DNA of 39,657 nt from Gammaproteobacteria bacterium (GCA_030038645.1 JASHSR010000110.1:1-39657); one strand, 5' to 3'. Shown: positions 7,455-18,091, counted from the stretch's first letter. The notes: generated by a model from the letters alone, not told the origin. Numbers and translations are program-made.

Positions 7455-7832
7455 ACTCGACCTCCTATTAAGCTCAGTATCGCCGGCGGCCGAGCAATGG
7501 CTGGGCCGGCGCAGCCATCCCCCACGCAACGTCGGGCCTTACAGGTCTATTGGACGTGCGACTGGTCGATAGGCTCTGATTCGTTGATGCTATCACCGAA
7601 TCCATTTCGACCCCAAGATGGTCCCGAATCTCGGTCGCGGGTCGTTTTCACGGCGCGTCTGTCCAAGCTGACTCACAACGCGCTGATGCGGCGGGCCAGG
7701 CGGTCGAAGGCAGCGCCATCGGTCCGGTGGGGGCGCCCGGCGACCGGCGCCGTGGCTGTTTGACTGCTGTGTCGCCCGGTGGCACGCTTGCGCGAATTCA
7801 ACAATGTCGCCGGAGAAGCGCAGAGGGGCGCC

Positions 7833-8621
7833 ATGTTGTCGTATCGTCATGCCCCGACAGCTATTGTCCTGCTATCCACAGCGCTCGTCGCCGCCACGGC
7901 GCAGCCGGTACCGGTGCCTCCCGGCGCCAATACCAATCCTCCCGGCCGCGCGGCGCTCGTGCCGAATATGAGTTGTGGGCAGTCGTACTCGCCGACATGG
8001 GACAGTTGCATAGGCGCGGTCAGATATCCGAATGGCAACGTCTATCGCGGCGAATACCACCACGGGATGCGCGACGGTTTCGGTTTCATCGTCATCAACG
8101 CTCACGGCGTTTCCGACAAAAACAACATACTTTCAAATGAGCGATCGATCTACGCCGGCGAGTTCCATGACGACAGGCTCAATGGCCGTGGAGTCTGGTT
8201 CACGATCGGCGGAGCGGGATATTCGGGGACATTCAAGGACAACATTCCGCAGTCCGACGTGCGGCAAAGGAATTGCGGCGGCGACCCGGCTTCGTGGAGC
8301 AATTGCGTTGCAGCGATTCGCTACGGGAACGGGAATCTCTACCGTGGGGAATTCATGCACGGCCACCGGGATGGGATCGGCATGCTGGAGATTCACGCGA
8401 CGGGCGTCCCTGATGATCGAAATATTCGCACGCCAGCGCCGGGGATCTACGTTGGCGAATTCCAGGACGATCGACTGAACGGACGAGGAATGATCTTCAT
8501 TCCAGGGGGCGGCTTCTACGGCAGCTTCAAGAATAACGTATTGATGCCCACGGCCCACGCCGCTCTTACGCAAGCGGGCCCGAGCGGACGGGCGGGTGCG
8601 ACGCGGCGTGCCGGTGGCTAA
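7833..8621 (+). CDS. Secreted MORN-repeat protein with internal duplication
   Basis: Signal-peptide-like N-terminus; repeated YxGEF/Y..G..xGxG units; two homologous halves; start uncertain. Confidence 0.75.
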   Translation: MLSYRHAPTAIVLLSTALVAATAQPVPVPPGANTNPPGRAALVPNMSCGQSYSPTWDSCIGAVRYPNGNVYRGEYHHGMRDGFGFIVINAHGVSDKNNILSNERSIYAGEFHDDRLNGRGVWFTIGGAGYSGTFKDNIPQSDVRQRNCGGDPASWSNCVAAIRYGNGNLYRGEFMHGHRDGIGMLEIHATGVPDDRNIRTPAPGIYVGEFQDDRLNGRGMIFIPGGGFYGSFKNNVLMPTAHAALTQAGPSGRAGATRRAGG

Positions 8622-9067
8622 TTTCCACGGCTCTTCCGGTGATCGAACCACATCGCTTCCAGCTTATTTCCATCTGGATCGAATACGAATGCGCCGTAGT
8701 ACCCAGGGTCGTAGTCCGGCCGATATCCAGGTGCGCCGTTGTCGGCCCCGCCGGCGGACAGAGCTGCTGCGTAGAAATCATCCACCGCGGTTGCATGGGA
8801 AGCGTGAAACGCAACGTGCACGCCGCTGCCTGGGTGCGGTGCTGCGCCTCCGACGGGTACGTTCGTCCACAGCTCGGGAAAGTGCAGGCCCCATCCGAGG
8901 GATGTGATTCGTCCTTCCTCCTTCACCTCGTAGAGGAGCTTATACCCGAGGGTGGACAGGACGGCGCTATAGAATCGTCTCGAACGCTCGATGTCACTGA
9001 CGCCGACCGAGACGTGATAGATAGCCCGGACTTTGCCTTGATCTGCAAAAGCGTCCATGGTGGTCAT
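8618..9067 (-). CDS. VOC/glyoxalase family protein
   Basis: HVSVGVSD, HVAF, GAPGYRPDY, YYGAFVFDPDGNKLE. Confidence 0.92.
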   Translation of the reverse strand: MTTMDAFADQGKVRAIYHVSVGVSDIERSRRFYSAVLSTLGYKLLYEVKEEGRITSLGWGLHFPELWTNVPVGGAAPHPGSGVHVAFHASHATAVDDFYAAALSAGGADNGAPGYRPDYDPGYYGAFVFDPDGNKLEAMWFDHRKSRGN

Positions 9068-9105
9068 CCCTTCTCGATTTCATCGAGCGTGGTCGGCTGC
9101 CGGGA

Positions 9106-9360
9106 CTATTCATTCAAGGCTCGATCGATCGCCGCCAGCAGCGCTTTACGTTGCTTGATCGTGTTCACCGGATAACGGTCGAAATCGTTGCGCCTGCTGA
9201 TGTCGGCGAATACCCCAGCCGGGTCCTCGTGAAAGTGCAGAAAGGACTTGGACTTCCTGTAGAAGATTCCAAGTCCTCTCTCTTTGATTCCCGGCCTCAA
9301 TCGGATCTGATCAAGCAAATCTGAAAGCTGCCGCAGAGTATCTTTGCCTGCATGCTTCAC
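9106..9360 (-). CDS. Small hypothetical protein
   Basis: 84 aa protein-like ORF (GIFYRKSKSFLHFHED) co-oriented with the downstream VOC gene. Confidence 0.7.
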   Translation of the reverse strand: MKHAGKDTLRQLSDLLDQIRLRPGIKERGLGIFYRKSKSFLHFHEDPAGVFADISRRNDFDRYPVNTIKQRKALLAAIDRALNE

Positions 9361-9483
9361 GGCGGATACCCAAGGTAGCGATATAAGAATCGCCGGTCAA
9401 CTCCGAGCGCCCGGCGCTCTCACTCATCCATGAGAAAGGCCGGGAAGGGCAGTAGATCGCTTGGGCGTTGCGCCGTGTTGCCG

Positions 9484-10959
9484 CTATGGCTTCCGAGATT
9501 CGGCGGTCGCGATGAACTGCGTCCGATCCCTCGGAGGCTCCGTCCAGCCTCCGCCGAGCGCCTCGTAAAGGTGGACGACAGCCTGCATGCGGAAAAGCCT
9601 CACCTGGGCGAGCTCGTCTCTCGCGCCGAATAGAGTTTGCTGGGCCTGGAGCACGTTGAGCAAATCGGCTGCTCCCTCGTTGTACTGCAGCTGGGAGATC
9701 CGGAATGCCTCCCCGGCCTCGCTCACCTCCCGACGGAGGAGGCGTTCCTCACTCGCGTAATTCGTCACTTGGCCGAGGGCGGTCTCTACGTCCTCGTAGG
9801 CGTTGAGAACGACGCTCTGATAGCTTGCCACGAGCTGCTGCTGGGTCGCGAAGGCGAGATTCCTCTGTCCGATCAGCTTGCCGCCGGCGAATATCGTCTG
9901 TACGAGTTGAGCGCCTGCCTCCCAGAGGAAGCTCGGTCCATGAACCAGCGCATTGATCGCAGCACTGCCGAAACCCGCGCTGCCACTCAGAGAGAATTGG
10001 GGGAGAAACGCGGCACGCGCCGCCTGGACGTTGGCGTGCGCAGCCGCCAAATTGGCCTCCGCAGCCGCCACGTCGGGCCGGCGCAACAGGAGCTGTGAAG
10101 GGGTGCCCGCGGCGACGGCCGGCACCTGAATCCCGTCCAAGCTTCTGGCCTCGACGCGGAAGTCCTCGGGGGGGCGTCCCAAGAGGACGGCGAGCGCGGC
10201 TCGGGCCTCGAGCTCTTGCTCCTCGAGCGCCGGAACGGCTGCTTGCGCCGACTCAATCTGCGCCTGCTCCTGCGCCAAGTCGAGATTGGAGGCCGTGCCC
10301 GCGGCGACCTTGACCTTCACGACGTTGAGGATTCCGTTAATGGCCGCGATGTCCTCGTTGGCTATCGCGATCTGCTCTCTCAACGCAAGAATGTCGAAGT
10401 AGGTATCCGCGACGGTCGCCGTCACCGTCAACGCGACAGCTTGCTGCGCGAAGCGCGATGACTCGAGAGCTTCCCTTGCCGAGCGAAGGTTGTCGCGCGC
10501 GAGTCCCCAGACATCGAGCTCATACGTCGCTCCGAGATTCAGGCCGAAGGAGTCGAGAGTGGAACCGGCCGGGGTATTGCTCGACGCTGCGGCCGACCCA
10601 GCCCCCGCGCGGTCAGCGTCCGCCTGGGCATCGATCAGGGGAAAGAGCGCAGACCGCTGAATGGTGACCTCGGAGCGAGCCTCCAGCGTGCTCGCGGCCG
10701 CGATCGCCAGATCACGATTGCCCGCCTGTGCCTGAGCAATGAGCGTCGAGAGCTCGGGACTCCCGAATCCTTGCCACCATCCCGCCTGCGGCCATACGGG
10801 TGCGGACGCCGCGGAATGGCCGATGAACGCCTTCGGCACGAATCGCGCCGTCAGCGCCTGCGGCGGCGCGGTCGCGCACCCACAGAGGCAAACTGCCGCG
10901 ATCGCGATCGCAGAGCCCGACGATCGAAGGTGTCTCGGCGGATGCGATGATCTATTCAT
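9484..10959 (-). CDS. Efflux outer membrane lipoprotein (TolC/NodT/OprM family)
   Basis: Lipobox LCGC, WWQGF, YELDVWG, LLRRPDV, LYEALGGGW; ATG overlaps permease stop. Confidence 0.92.
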   Translation of the reverse strand: MNRSSHPPRHLRSSGSAIAIAAVCLCGCATAPPQALTARFVPKAFIGHSAASAPVWPQAGWWQGFGSPELSTLIAQAQAGNRDLAIAAASTLEARSEVTIQRSALFPLIDAQADADRAGAGSAAASSNTPAGSTLDSFGLNLGATYELDVWGLARDNLRSAREALESSRFAQQAVALTVTATVADTYFDILALREQIAIANEDIAAINGILNVVKVKVAAGTASNLDLAQEQAQIESAQAAVPALEEQELEARAALAVLLGRPPEDFRVEARSLDGIQVPAVAAGTPSQLLLRRPDVAAAEANLAAAHANVQAARAAFLPQFSLSGSAGFGSAAINALVHGPSFLWEAGAQLVQTIFAGGKLIGQRNLAFATQQQLVASYQSVVLNAYEDVETALGQVTNYASEERLLRREVSEAGEAFRISQLQYNEGAADLLNVLQAQQTLFGARDELAQVRLFRMQAVVHLYEALGGGWTEPPRDRTQFIATAESRKP

Positions 10960-13441
10960 AGCGGAGAGTGCGGGCGGGGCTCGTGCGAGCCAGGCGCACG
11001 GTATGCGCCGAGACCGTCGCCCACGCGATGAGCAATGCGGCAACGCCTGCGGCCAGGAAGTAGAGCGGGTCGAGCGGGATGCGATACGCGAAGCCCGCGA
11101 GCCAGCGCCGCAGATAAAAGTAGGCTACCGGCCAGGCGACGACGTTGGCCATCAGTACGGGCACGGACATGCGCCACAGCATCAGCTTCACGATGTCGCC
11201 CGTGCACGCACCCGAAACCTTGCGAAGACCGATCTCCTTGGCCCTCCTCTCCGCCGAGAAGACCGCCAGGCCGTACAGACCCAAGCACCCGATCAGAATG
11301 GCGATGGTGACGAACACGCCGAACAGGGTGCCCTGGCGGTCGTCCTGCTGGTAAAGCTGGCCGTAGGTCTGATCGAGGAAATAGCGTTGAATGGCGACCG
11401 TCGGCACAAAGGCGTGCCACGTCCGGTCTATGAGGCTCAGCGTCTGCAGAGCGTTCCGAGGCCGCAAGCGCACCGAGAGGCTCATCGGGTAATTCGGTAT
11501 GTAGATGTAGACCGTGGGCGAGACCGATTGTCGCGCGCCTTGAACCTTGGTGTCCGCCAGAACGCCCACGATGTGAACGTGATTGTGATTGTATTCGATG
11601 GTCTTTCCGGCCGCTTCCCGTGGAGTGAAGCCCAGCCTCCGAGCGGCGGCGGCATTGATCAGGACATCGCGACCTTCATTTCCGGGATCGCCGCCGGTCA
11701 CGATTCCGATGCTGCTGAGTCGATCATCGCCACGCGAGACAGATAACGGGCGGCCCGCCACGAGTGGAATGCCATAGGTTGCCGGGTAGTCGGGACCAAT
11801 GACCACGGTATTGAGGGTCACCAGATCGGGCTGTCCCGGAACATGAATCGCCGAAAGCATCTGACCGGGCTCGAACGGTACGATGTCCGAGAGGCCGACG
11901 CTCGCCACCCCTGGGATCGTGCGAAGAGCGTCGGCAAAGTCCTGCAGTCGCCTGCCTTCGAGGTCGCTGTTTGCGATGACCACGATGTCGTCGTGGCGGA
12001 AGCCCAGGTTGATGTGACGCGCGTAGCTGATTTGGTTGAACACCACGCCGGCCGCGACGCCCAATCCGATGGAGACCGCGAACTGAGCCATCACGAGAAG
12101 ATTGCGGAGGCTCCAGGGCTCGGCCCGGCGAAGACCGTCGGTCCGGAAGGCAGCGATCGGGCGGAACCCGGACAGCACCAGCGCCGGATAGCTGCCGCTG
12201 ACGAGGCCCGTGACGACGGCGATGCCGACGAGCAAGAGAATCAATCCGCCGTCGGATGCGTAGCGCCAGCCGATCGGGTGACCGAGGAAGCGGTCGAGCA
12301 GCGGCAGCAGCATTTCTCCCGCAGCGAGCGCGAGCGCCAGGGATAAGAGTGCCGTCAGGACCGCCTCCCCCAGGAACTGAACGATCAGCTGCCGCCGGCT
12401 CGCGCCCACGATTTTGCGCAATGCAATCTCGCGTGCCCGTACCAAGGCGACGGCGGTCGCGAGATTCATGAAGTTGAAGCACGCACTCAAAAGGATCAGT
12501 ACGCCGACGGCTGCGACACCGTAGATCGTCGTCCAGCTTCCAGGGGGCGTCGCATTGAACCTCCACTGCGCGGAATCGAGGTGTACGCGGGTGAAGGGCG
12601 TGAGGTGAACGCTGTAGGCTTGGCTGCCGCGGATTCGAAGCCCGTACTTGCGCAACATCGGAGTCACGCTCCTGTCCAAGAGCGGCGCCATGCGGGCGAC
12701 CACGACCGCAGGGTCCACACCCGGCGCGAGGGTGACGTAGCCCCAGCCGTTCTCGCTGAACCAGTCGTGTTTCAGCTGGTCCCAGGATCGATCCGCGCGC
12801 GACGTGTCGGGAATGAACACGTCGCCTGTCAGCTGAGTGTCATGCGGTAGATTTTTCACGATGCCAGTCACCCTGAGCGCGACAGTCTCGTTCTGGCATG
12901 CGGTATTCTTTGCGTCGCAAGCGGCCGTGCTGGCGGTCAAAAAGCGCCCCATGGGATCTGCGGCGCCGAAGTACTTCTTCACCGCGGATTGCGAGAGGAC
13001 AACGGACTCCGGTTGGCGGAACACGGTGTCCGGGCTTCCCGCGACGAGAGGGAGCCGCATGATCCCGAAGAAGTTCGGGTCCACTACGTTCACCGTCTGC
13101 GGGAACTGTCGATCGCCGCTCGTTAGCGTCAATGGCTGCCAGTGTAATTGCGTCATCCCGGTGACACCCGGAATCTCGTCTCGCATCGCGGGCAGCATTG
13201 GATAGGGGATGACGGCGAGCGGTAGCGGCGGCCGGTCTGGCAGGCGGATGGTCAATTCCACTCGGTACAAATCCTGCGTGCCCGGAATCCACTTGTCGTA
13301 GGAGAGCTCGTCGCGGATGAACAAGACGACAAAGAGCACGCACGTGAGCCCGATCGCGAGGCCGACGATGTTGATGACGCTGTAAAGCTTGTGCCGGACG
13401 AGATTTCGCCACGCGACCGTCAGGTAATTGCGGAACATCAC
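10952..13441 (-). CDS. ABC transporter permease (MacB/FtsX-like, duplicated domains)
   Basis: INIVGLAIG, DELSYD, REIALRK, CLGLYGL, KEIGLRK, C-terminal LRYE. Confidence 0.93.
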   Translation of the reverse strand: MMFRNYLTVAWRNLVRHKLYSVINIVGLAIGLTCVLFVVLFIRDELSYDKWIPGTQDLYRVELTIRLPDRPPLPLAVIPYPMLPAMRDEIPGVTGMTQLHWQPLTLTSGDRQFPQTVNVVDPNFFGIMRLPLVAGSPDTVFRQPESVVLSQSAVKKYFGAADPMGRFLTASTAACDAKNTACQNETVALRVTGIVKNLPHDTQLTGDVFIPDTSRADRSWDQLKHDWFSENGWGYVTLAPGVDPAVVVARMAPLLDRSVTPMLRKYGLRIRGSQAYSVHLTPFTRVHLDSAQWRFNATPPGSWTTIYGVAAVGVLILLSACFNFMNLATAVALVRAREIALRKIVGASRRQLIVQFLGEAVLTALLSLALALAAGEMLLPLLDRFLGHPIGWRYASDGGLILLLVGIAVVTGLVSGSYPALVLSGFRPIAAFRTDGLRRAEPWSLRNLLVMAQFAVSIGLGVAAGVVFNQISYARHINLGFRHDDIVVIANSDLEGRRLQDFADALRTIPGVASVGLSDIVPFEPGQMLSAIHVPGQPDLVTLNTVVIGPDYPATYGIPLVAGRPLSVSRGDDRLSSIGIVTGGDPGNEGRDVLINAAAARRLGFTPREAAGKTIEYNHNHVHIVGVLADTKVQGARQSVSPTVYIYIPNYPMSLSVRLRPRNALQTLSLIDRTWHAFVPTVAIQRYFLDQTYGQLYQQDDRQGTLFGVFVTIAILIGCLGLYGLAVFSAERRAKEIGLRKVSGACTGDIVKLMLWRMSVPVLMANVVAWPVAYFYLRRWLAGFAYRIPLDPLYFLAAGVAALLIAWATVSAHTVRLARTSPARTLRYE

Positions 13442-13504
13442 GCACTCCTCGACGCCGTGGCAGCGTCTTCCGGCGGTGACGGCGCTTCTCTTCCCACCCG
13501 CGGC

Positions 13505-15985
13505 TTACTCGTAGCGCAGTGCATGAATCGGGCTCGCCCGCGCGAGGCGCAGCGTGTGCGCGAACACCGTGGCCCAGGCAATGATCAGCGCGACCGCGCC
13601 GCCGGCGAGGAAGTAAATCGGGCTGAGAGAGATCCGATAGGCATACCCCTCGAGCCAGCGAGCCAGGTAGTGGTAAGCGACGGGCCACGCGACGACATTC
13701 GCGACGAGCACCGGCACCGAGATCCTCCACAACATCAGTCTCAGGATGTCATGCGTCCGGGCGCCGGCGATCTTGCGCACGCCGATCTCCTTCGTACGCC
13801 GCTCCGCTGTGAATACCGCGAGCCCGAACAGACCCAGACAGGCGATGAAGATCGCGACGCCGACGAACAGTCCCAGCATCTCGCCCTGCTTCTCGTCCGG
13901 CTGGAACAAGCTATCGAAAGCGTCGATCAGGTAATAGCGGTTGATCGCGACGTCGGGAGCGAATGAGCGCCACGTTCGATCGATGAAGGAGAGCGTGTTC
14001 GCCGCGTGATCGCCGCGGACTCGAATGGACAGCATTCGCATCATGTGCGGATCGGCCGTGTCGAAGTAGTACAGCGTCGGCTGTACCGGGTCTCGCATGC
14101 CTTCGAGCTTCGCATCGCTCAGAACCCCGACGATCGTCGCCGTGGAGTGACCGTTGATCGTCACCCGCCTACCCACCGCATCGACGGGCGAGAAACCCAG
14201 GCGGTGTGCGCCTGTGGCATTGATGAGCACACTGCCTCCAACGCCGCGGCCCGTGAGGTCCTCACCCCGCTGGTCCGACAGGAATCGGCCCGCGAGCAGC
14301 TTGATGCCATACAGCGACGGAAACTCAGGTCCAATGTTGATGATCTGCGCCGGAACGGAGGCCGGCTCACCTGAGGTCCGAATCTGATCGTTATCCACAT
14401 ACGAGAGGTCGAAAGGAACGGCATTCGAGTACGCGACGCCGACGATCTGCGGATCCAGACGGAGCGAAGCAGCGAAGCTTTCCCGTTGGGATGGCGTGAG
14501 CCGGCCAACGCCTCGAACGATGACGATGCCATCGCGTTCGAAGCCGAGAGGCACTTTGCGCGCAAAGTCGACCTGCCTGAACACGACGAGGGCTACGACG
14601 CCGAGCCCGATCGAGATGGCGAACTGAGCGACGACCAGCGCCGAGCGCAACAATCCAGGACTGCTTGAGCTGGAGACGCCCGACCTCAGCGTCCGCGCCG
14701 GACGGAACCCGGAGAGTACGACCGCTGGATAAAGACCGCTTACCAGCCCGACCGCGATAGCGCCTGCAGCGAGAGCCGCGAGCAGTTTCCAGTCAGCGAG
14801 ATAGCGAAGTGCGATGGGCCCTCCCAGGAAGCGATCATAGAGAGGCAGCAGGATCTCCACTAGAGACAGGGCGATCGCAAGCGACACGACGGAGAACAGC
14901 ACTGCTTCCACGAGAAGCTGCACGACGAGCTCCGCTCGCTTCGCGCCCTCGACCTTGCGCACGGCGATCTCGCGGGCTCGAAGTGTCGCCCGTGCGGTCG
15001 CGAGGTTCGTGAAGTTACAACAGGCGATTAGAACGATCAGCAGCGCAATCGCCCCCAGTCCGTATACGGTCGTCCAGCTCCCGCCGGGCGTCATTCCGAG
15101 GTACTGGTCGCTCGTGAGATGAGCGTCTCGGAACGGCGTCAAGCGGTACTGCTCGAACTCACTCATGCGCAGATCGACGCCCAGTTTCCGTGGGTCGAAG
15201 GACCTGTCCAGTATCGCCTTCAGGTCTGCGAGGACGGCTGCCGGATCGGCGCCCGGCGTCAGGTTGACATAGCCGTAATCGTCGTCGCCACTGGTCCAGT
15301 CGTACATCTTCTCAAACGGCGACATGCCGTCTGCGCGCGACGTGTTCGGCACGACGAGGTCCGCCACCAGCTGCGTGTTGTGTGGAAGATCCCGGAGCAC
15401 TCCGGTGACGATGAGTGGGTAGACCGCGGAGAGACACGCGCTGTCGTTGGCACCACAAGCGCTGTTGTCGTCCGGACCGAGGGTCAAGGTCTTTCCGATC
15501 GGATCGACAGCTCCGAAGTACTTCCGCGCCGTGCTCTGGGACAGTACGACGGAATCGGGCTGGGCGAGCGCGCGCGCCGGATCACCCTCCACGAGCGGTA
15601 GCTCGATGACCCGAAAGAAATTCGGATCGACGAAAGTGACGGTTTCTCGAAATTGACGGTCGCCGATGTTCGCCGTCATCTGCTCGGGCATTACGTGAGT
15701 CACCGCATTCACCTGCGGGATCTGCCCTGGGATCGCCGAGACGACCGGAAACGGCGCCATGGCGAGAGGCGCCGGAGCGCGGCCCGGGATGTGAAAGGTG
15801 ACCTCGAGGCGATAGAGACTCCCGGTGTCCGGAATCCACCTGTCGTACGAGAGCTCGTCCCGAATGTACAGCGCGATCAGGATCGCCGCCGCCAAGCCGA
15901 TCGACAGCCCCGCGATGTTGATGAAGCTATAAAGCTTGTGATGCGCGAAGGCGCGTACGGCAGCGATGAGGTAGTGCCGGAGCAT
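13505..15985 (-). CDS. ABC transporter permease (MacB/FtsX-like), paralogue
   Basis: Same motifs as the adjacent permease (INIAGLSIG, DELSYD, RTKEIGVRK, LRYE). Confidence 0.93.
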   Translation of the reverse strand: MLRHYLIAAVRAFAHHKLYSFINIAGLSIGLAAAILIALYIRDELSYDRWIPDTGSLYRLEVTFHIPGRAPAPLAMAPFPVVSAIPGQIPQVNAVTHVMPEQMTANIGDRQFRETVTFVDPNFFRVIELPLVEGDPARALAQPDSVVLSQSTARKYFGAVDPIGKTLTLGPDDNSACGANDSACLSAVYPLIVTGVLRDLPHNTQLVADLVVPNTSRADGMSPFEKMYDWTSGDDDYGYVNLTPGADPAAVLADLKAILDRSFDPRKLGVDLRMSEFEQYRLTPFRDAHLTSDQYLGMTPGGSWTTVYGLGAIALLIVLIACCNFTNLATARATLRAREIAVRKVEGAKRAELVVQLLVEAVLFSVVSLAIALSLVEILLPLYDRFLGGPIALRYLADWKLLAALAAGAIAVGLVSGLYPAVVLSGFRPARTLRSGVSSSSSPGLLRSALVVAQFAISIGLGVVALVVFRQVDFARKVPLGFERDGIVIVRGVGRLTPSQRESFAASLRLDPQIVGVAYSNAVPFDLSYVDNDQIRTSGEPASVPAQIINIGPEFPSLYGIKLLAGRFLSDQRGEDLTGRGVGGSVLINATGAHRLGFSPVDAVGRRVTINGHSTATIVGVLSDAKLEGMRDPVQPTLYYFDTADPHMMRMLSIRVRGDHAANTLSFIDRTWRSFAPDVAINRYYLIDAFDSLFQPDEKQGEMLGLFVGVAIFIACLGLFGLAVFTAERRTKEIGVRKIAGARTHDILRLMLWRISVPVLVANVVAWPVAYHYLARWLEGYAYRISLSPIYFLAGGAVALIIAWATVFAHTLRLARASPIHALRYE

Positions 15986-16003
15986 TGTCCGAAACCGGCA
16001 GCT

Positions 16004-16690
16004 CTACGCAATCTGCCGGATGTTCTCGGTGACGACCGCCCCGTCGAGCAGGTTGACGACGCGGTGGGCGTACTCGGCGTGCGGCCGCGAGTGCGTCACC
16101 ATCACGACGGTCGTTCCTTTCGCGTTGAGCTCGGTGAGCAGCTGCATGACTTCCTCACCCGTCGCGGAGTCGAGATTTCCGGTGGGCTCATCCGCGAGCA
16201 GCAGCCGGGGCTGAGAGACCACGGCTCGGGCGATGGCGACGCGCTGCTGCTGGCCGCCGGAGAGCTGCTGCGGCCTGTGCTTGGCTCGGTGGGCGACTTT
16301 CATGCTCTCCAGCGTCTGGCGTACCCGAGCTTTGCGTTCCCGGGCGGAGACGTCTCGGTGATAGAGCAATGCGAGCTCTACGTTCTCGAAGACATTGAGC
16401 TCATCGACCAGATTGAAGCTCTGGAAGATGAAGCCGACACTGTTCTTGCGCAGCTCCGAGAGCTCGCCTTCCGACCAGCCGGCGATATTGCGGTCCGAGA
16501 ACCAGTATTCCCCGGCGGTAGGAGTGTCCAGCATGCCGACGATGTTGAGGAGCGTCGATTTGCCGCAGCCGGAGGGGCCCATCACGGCGACGAACTCCCC
16601 GGCGGCGATGTCCAGATCGACCTCGCGCAGCGCCGTCGTCTCGACATCTGTGGTGCGGTAGACCTTGGAAACGCGTTTGAGCGACAGCAT
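16004..16690 (-). CDS. ABC transporter ATP-binding protein (LolD/MacB-type)
   Basis: Walker [10 protein letters not shown], signature LSGGQQQR, Walker [16 protein letters not shown] at 16690 after GGGGAG. Confidence 0.95.
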   Translation of the reverse strand: MLSLKRVSKVYRTTDVETTALREVDLDIAAGEFVAVMGPSGCGKSTLLNIVGMLDTPTAGEYWFSDRNIAGWSEGELSELRKNSVGFIFQSFNLVDELNVFENVELALLYHRDVSARERKARVRQTLESMKVAHRAKHRPQQLSGGQQQRVAIARAVVSQPRLLLADEPTGNLDSATGEEVMQLLTELNAKGTTVVMVTHSRPHAEYAHRVVNLLDGAVVTENIRQIA

Positions 16691-16709
16691 GCTCGGCTCC
16701 CCGTGAAGA

Positions 16710-17975
16710 TCAGTTCGAGTGGCTCGGCTTCTCGAGCTCGATACGGTCGACGTCCTTGAACCCTTGGTAACTCGAGATGACGACGCGCTCGCCCGGCTCG
16801 AGTCCCTGTAGAACCTCGACGTCATCGGGATTGCGCCGGCCGAGCTGGATATTTCGGCGTATCGCATACCGGCCAGCGGGTGTCAGGACGAACGCCCAGT
16901 TCCCGCCGGTGTCTTGATAGAAAGGCCCGTTCGGCAGCATCAGGGCGGTCGATGCGCCGCCGAGCTCCAATCTCGTGTCGATCGCCTGGCCGACCTGCAG
17001 GCCCTGCGGCGCCGGGCCCGAGAAGTGCAGGTCGACCTTGAAGGTTCCGTCGGATACCTGCGGGTGGATCATGACGATTTGCGCCTCGAGCTCGCGGCCT
17101 CCGACATCGAACCGCGCAATTTGCCCGAGCGCAACGCGCCCTATGTAGAACTCATCGACCAGCGCGGTGAGCTTGAAGCGGTCGAGGGAATCGACCTCGC
17201 CCAGCACGGTCCCGGCGGGCTTCGACTCCCCGACCTGGGCGTCGAGCGCGGTGAGCTGCCCGTTCATGGGCGCGCGAATGGTGAGGTCGTCGAGGCTGGC
17301 CTTGGCGGTCGCGATGTCGTCCCTCAGCGAGGCGAGCGTCTTGCCGAGCTGGGAAAGCTGGGCGGCGCGCACCCGCTGCTCGGCGTCGCGAGAGGCGATG
17401 GTGGCATCACGCAGCTCGAGCTCATAGCGGTATTGCTCCTGCTCTTGCGCGTAGAGCGAGGGGGCAATGGCCTTGCCATCCAACAGAATCTTGTCTCGGG
17501 CGAGATTGCTTCGCAGCACGGCGATCTGGTGCTGAGTGTCGAGCAGATCCCGCTGGTACTGGAACCGGGTCTGCTCGAGCTGGAGCCGGGTACTCTCGAT
17601 GGCGTTGATCTGGCTCGCGGTGCTGGCCTCGCGAGAGGTCACTTGCAGGCTCAAGGCGGCATTGGACAGCACGATGAGCGGCTGGCCCGCCTTCACGGTC
17701 GCGCCGTCCTCGGCGAGCACTTGCCTGACGACGCCTCCCTGCTCGGTCGTGAGGTAATTCGTCGTGAGCGGCGCCACCGTGGCGCGCACCGCGATGTAAT
17801 CCTCGAACTTGCCGCGCGTCACCGTTCCGATCGTCAGCTGATCCGCCGGGACTCGGTAGGTGCTGATACTCGCTCCGCGCAGCAGCCAGATCGCGATTCC
17901 CATGGCGAGGGCTCCGGCGAGCGCATGGGGACCGTAGCGACGCCAGAGGGGTGGGCGGGCGAGCCGCCTGTCCAT
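16710..17975 (-). CDS. Efflux periplasmic adaptor (membrane fusion protein)
   Basis: N-terminal TM, lipoyl half-motifs (GGVVRQV...VKAGQPL; IRAPMNG), coiled coil, GLEPGERVV; start set at ATG 17975. Confidence 0.9.
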   Translation of the reverse strand: MDRRLARPPLWRRYGPHALAGALAMGIAIWLLRGASISTYRVPADQLTIGTVTRGKFEDYIAVRATVAPLTTNYLTTEQGGVVRQVLAEDGATVKAGQPLIVLSNAALSLQVTSREASTASQINAIESTRLQLEQTRFQYQRDLLDTQHQIAVLRSNLARDKILLDGKAIAPSLYAQEQEQYRYELELRDATIASRDAEQRVRAAQLSQLGKTLASLRDDIATAKASLDDLTIRAPMNGQLTALDAQVGESKPAGTVLGEVDSLDRFKLTALVDEFYIGRVALGQIARFDVGGRELEAQIVMIHPQVSDGTFKVDLHFSGPAPQGLQVGQAIDTRLELGGASTALMLPNGPFYQDTGGNWAFVLTPAGRYAIRRNIQLGRRNPDDVEVLQGLEPGERVVISSYQGFKDVDRIELEKPSHSN

Positions 17976-18091
17976 CGCATCGCCGGAGGGGAGCCCCGCC
18001 TGTCCGCCGCCACCCAATCGCCCGCTCGCAGAGGGAAGCGGGAGATCCCTGCGAGCTCGCTGATGCCCACCCCACGTCATGGCCGCAGGGT

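Noticed and set aside
7769..7790. TGGCACGCTTGC as a sigma-54 promoter for the MORN gene
   Set aside because: GG-to-GC spacing is not the required 10 nt.
667..9400. Genomic island integrated at the tRNA 3' end
   Set aside because: Gene content looks accessory, but I saw no integrase, transposase or duplicated tRNA end; an exact repeat search was not possible.
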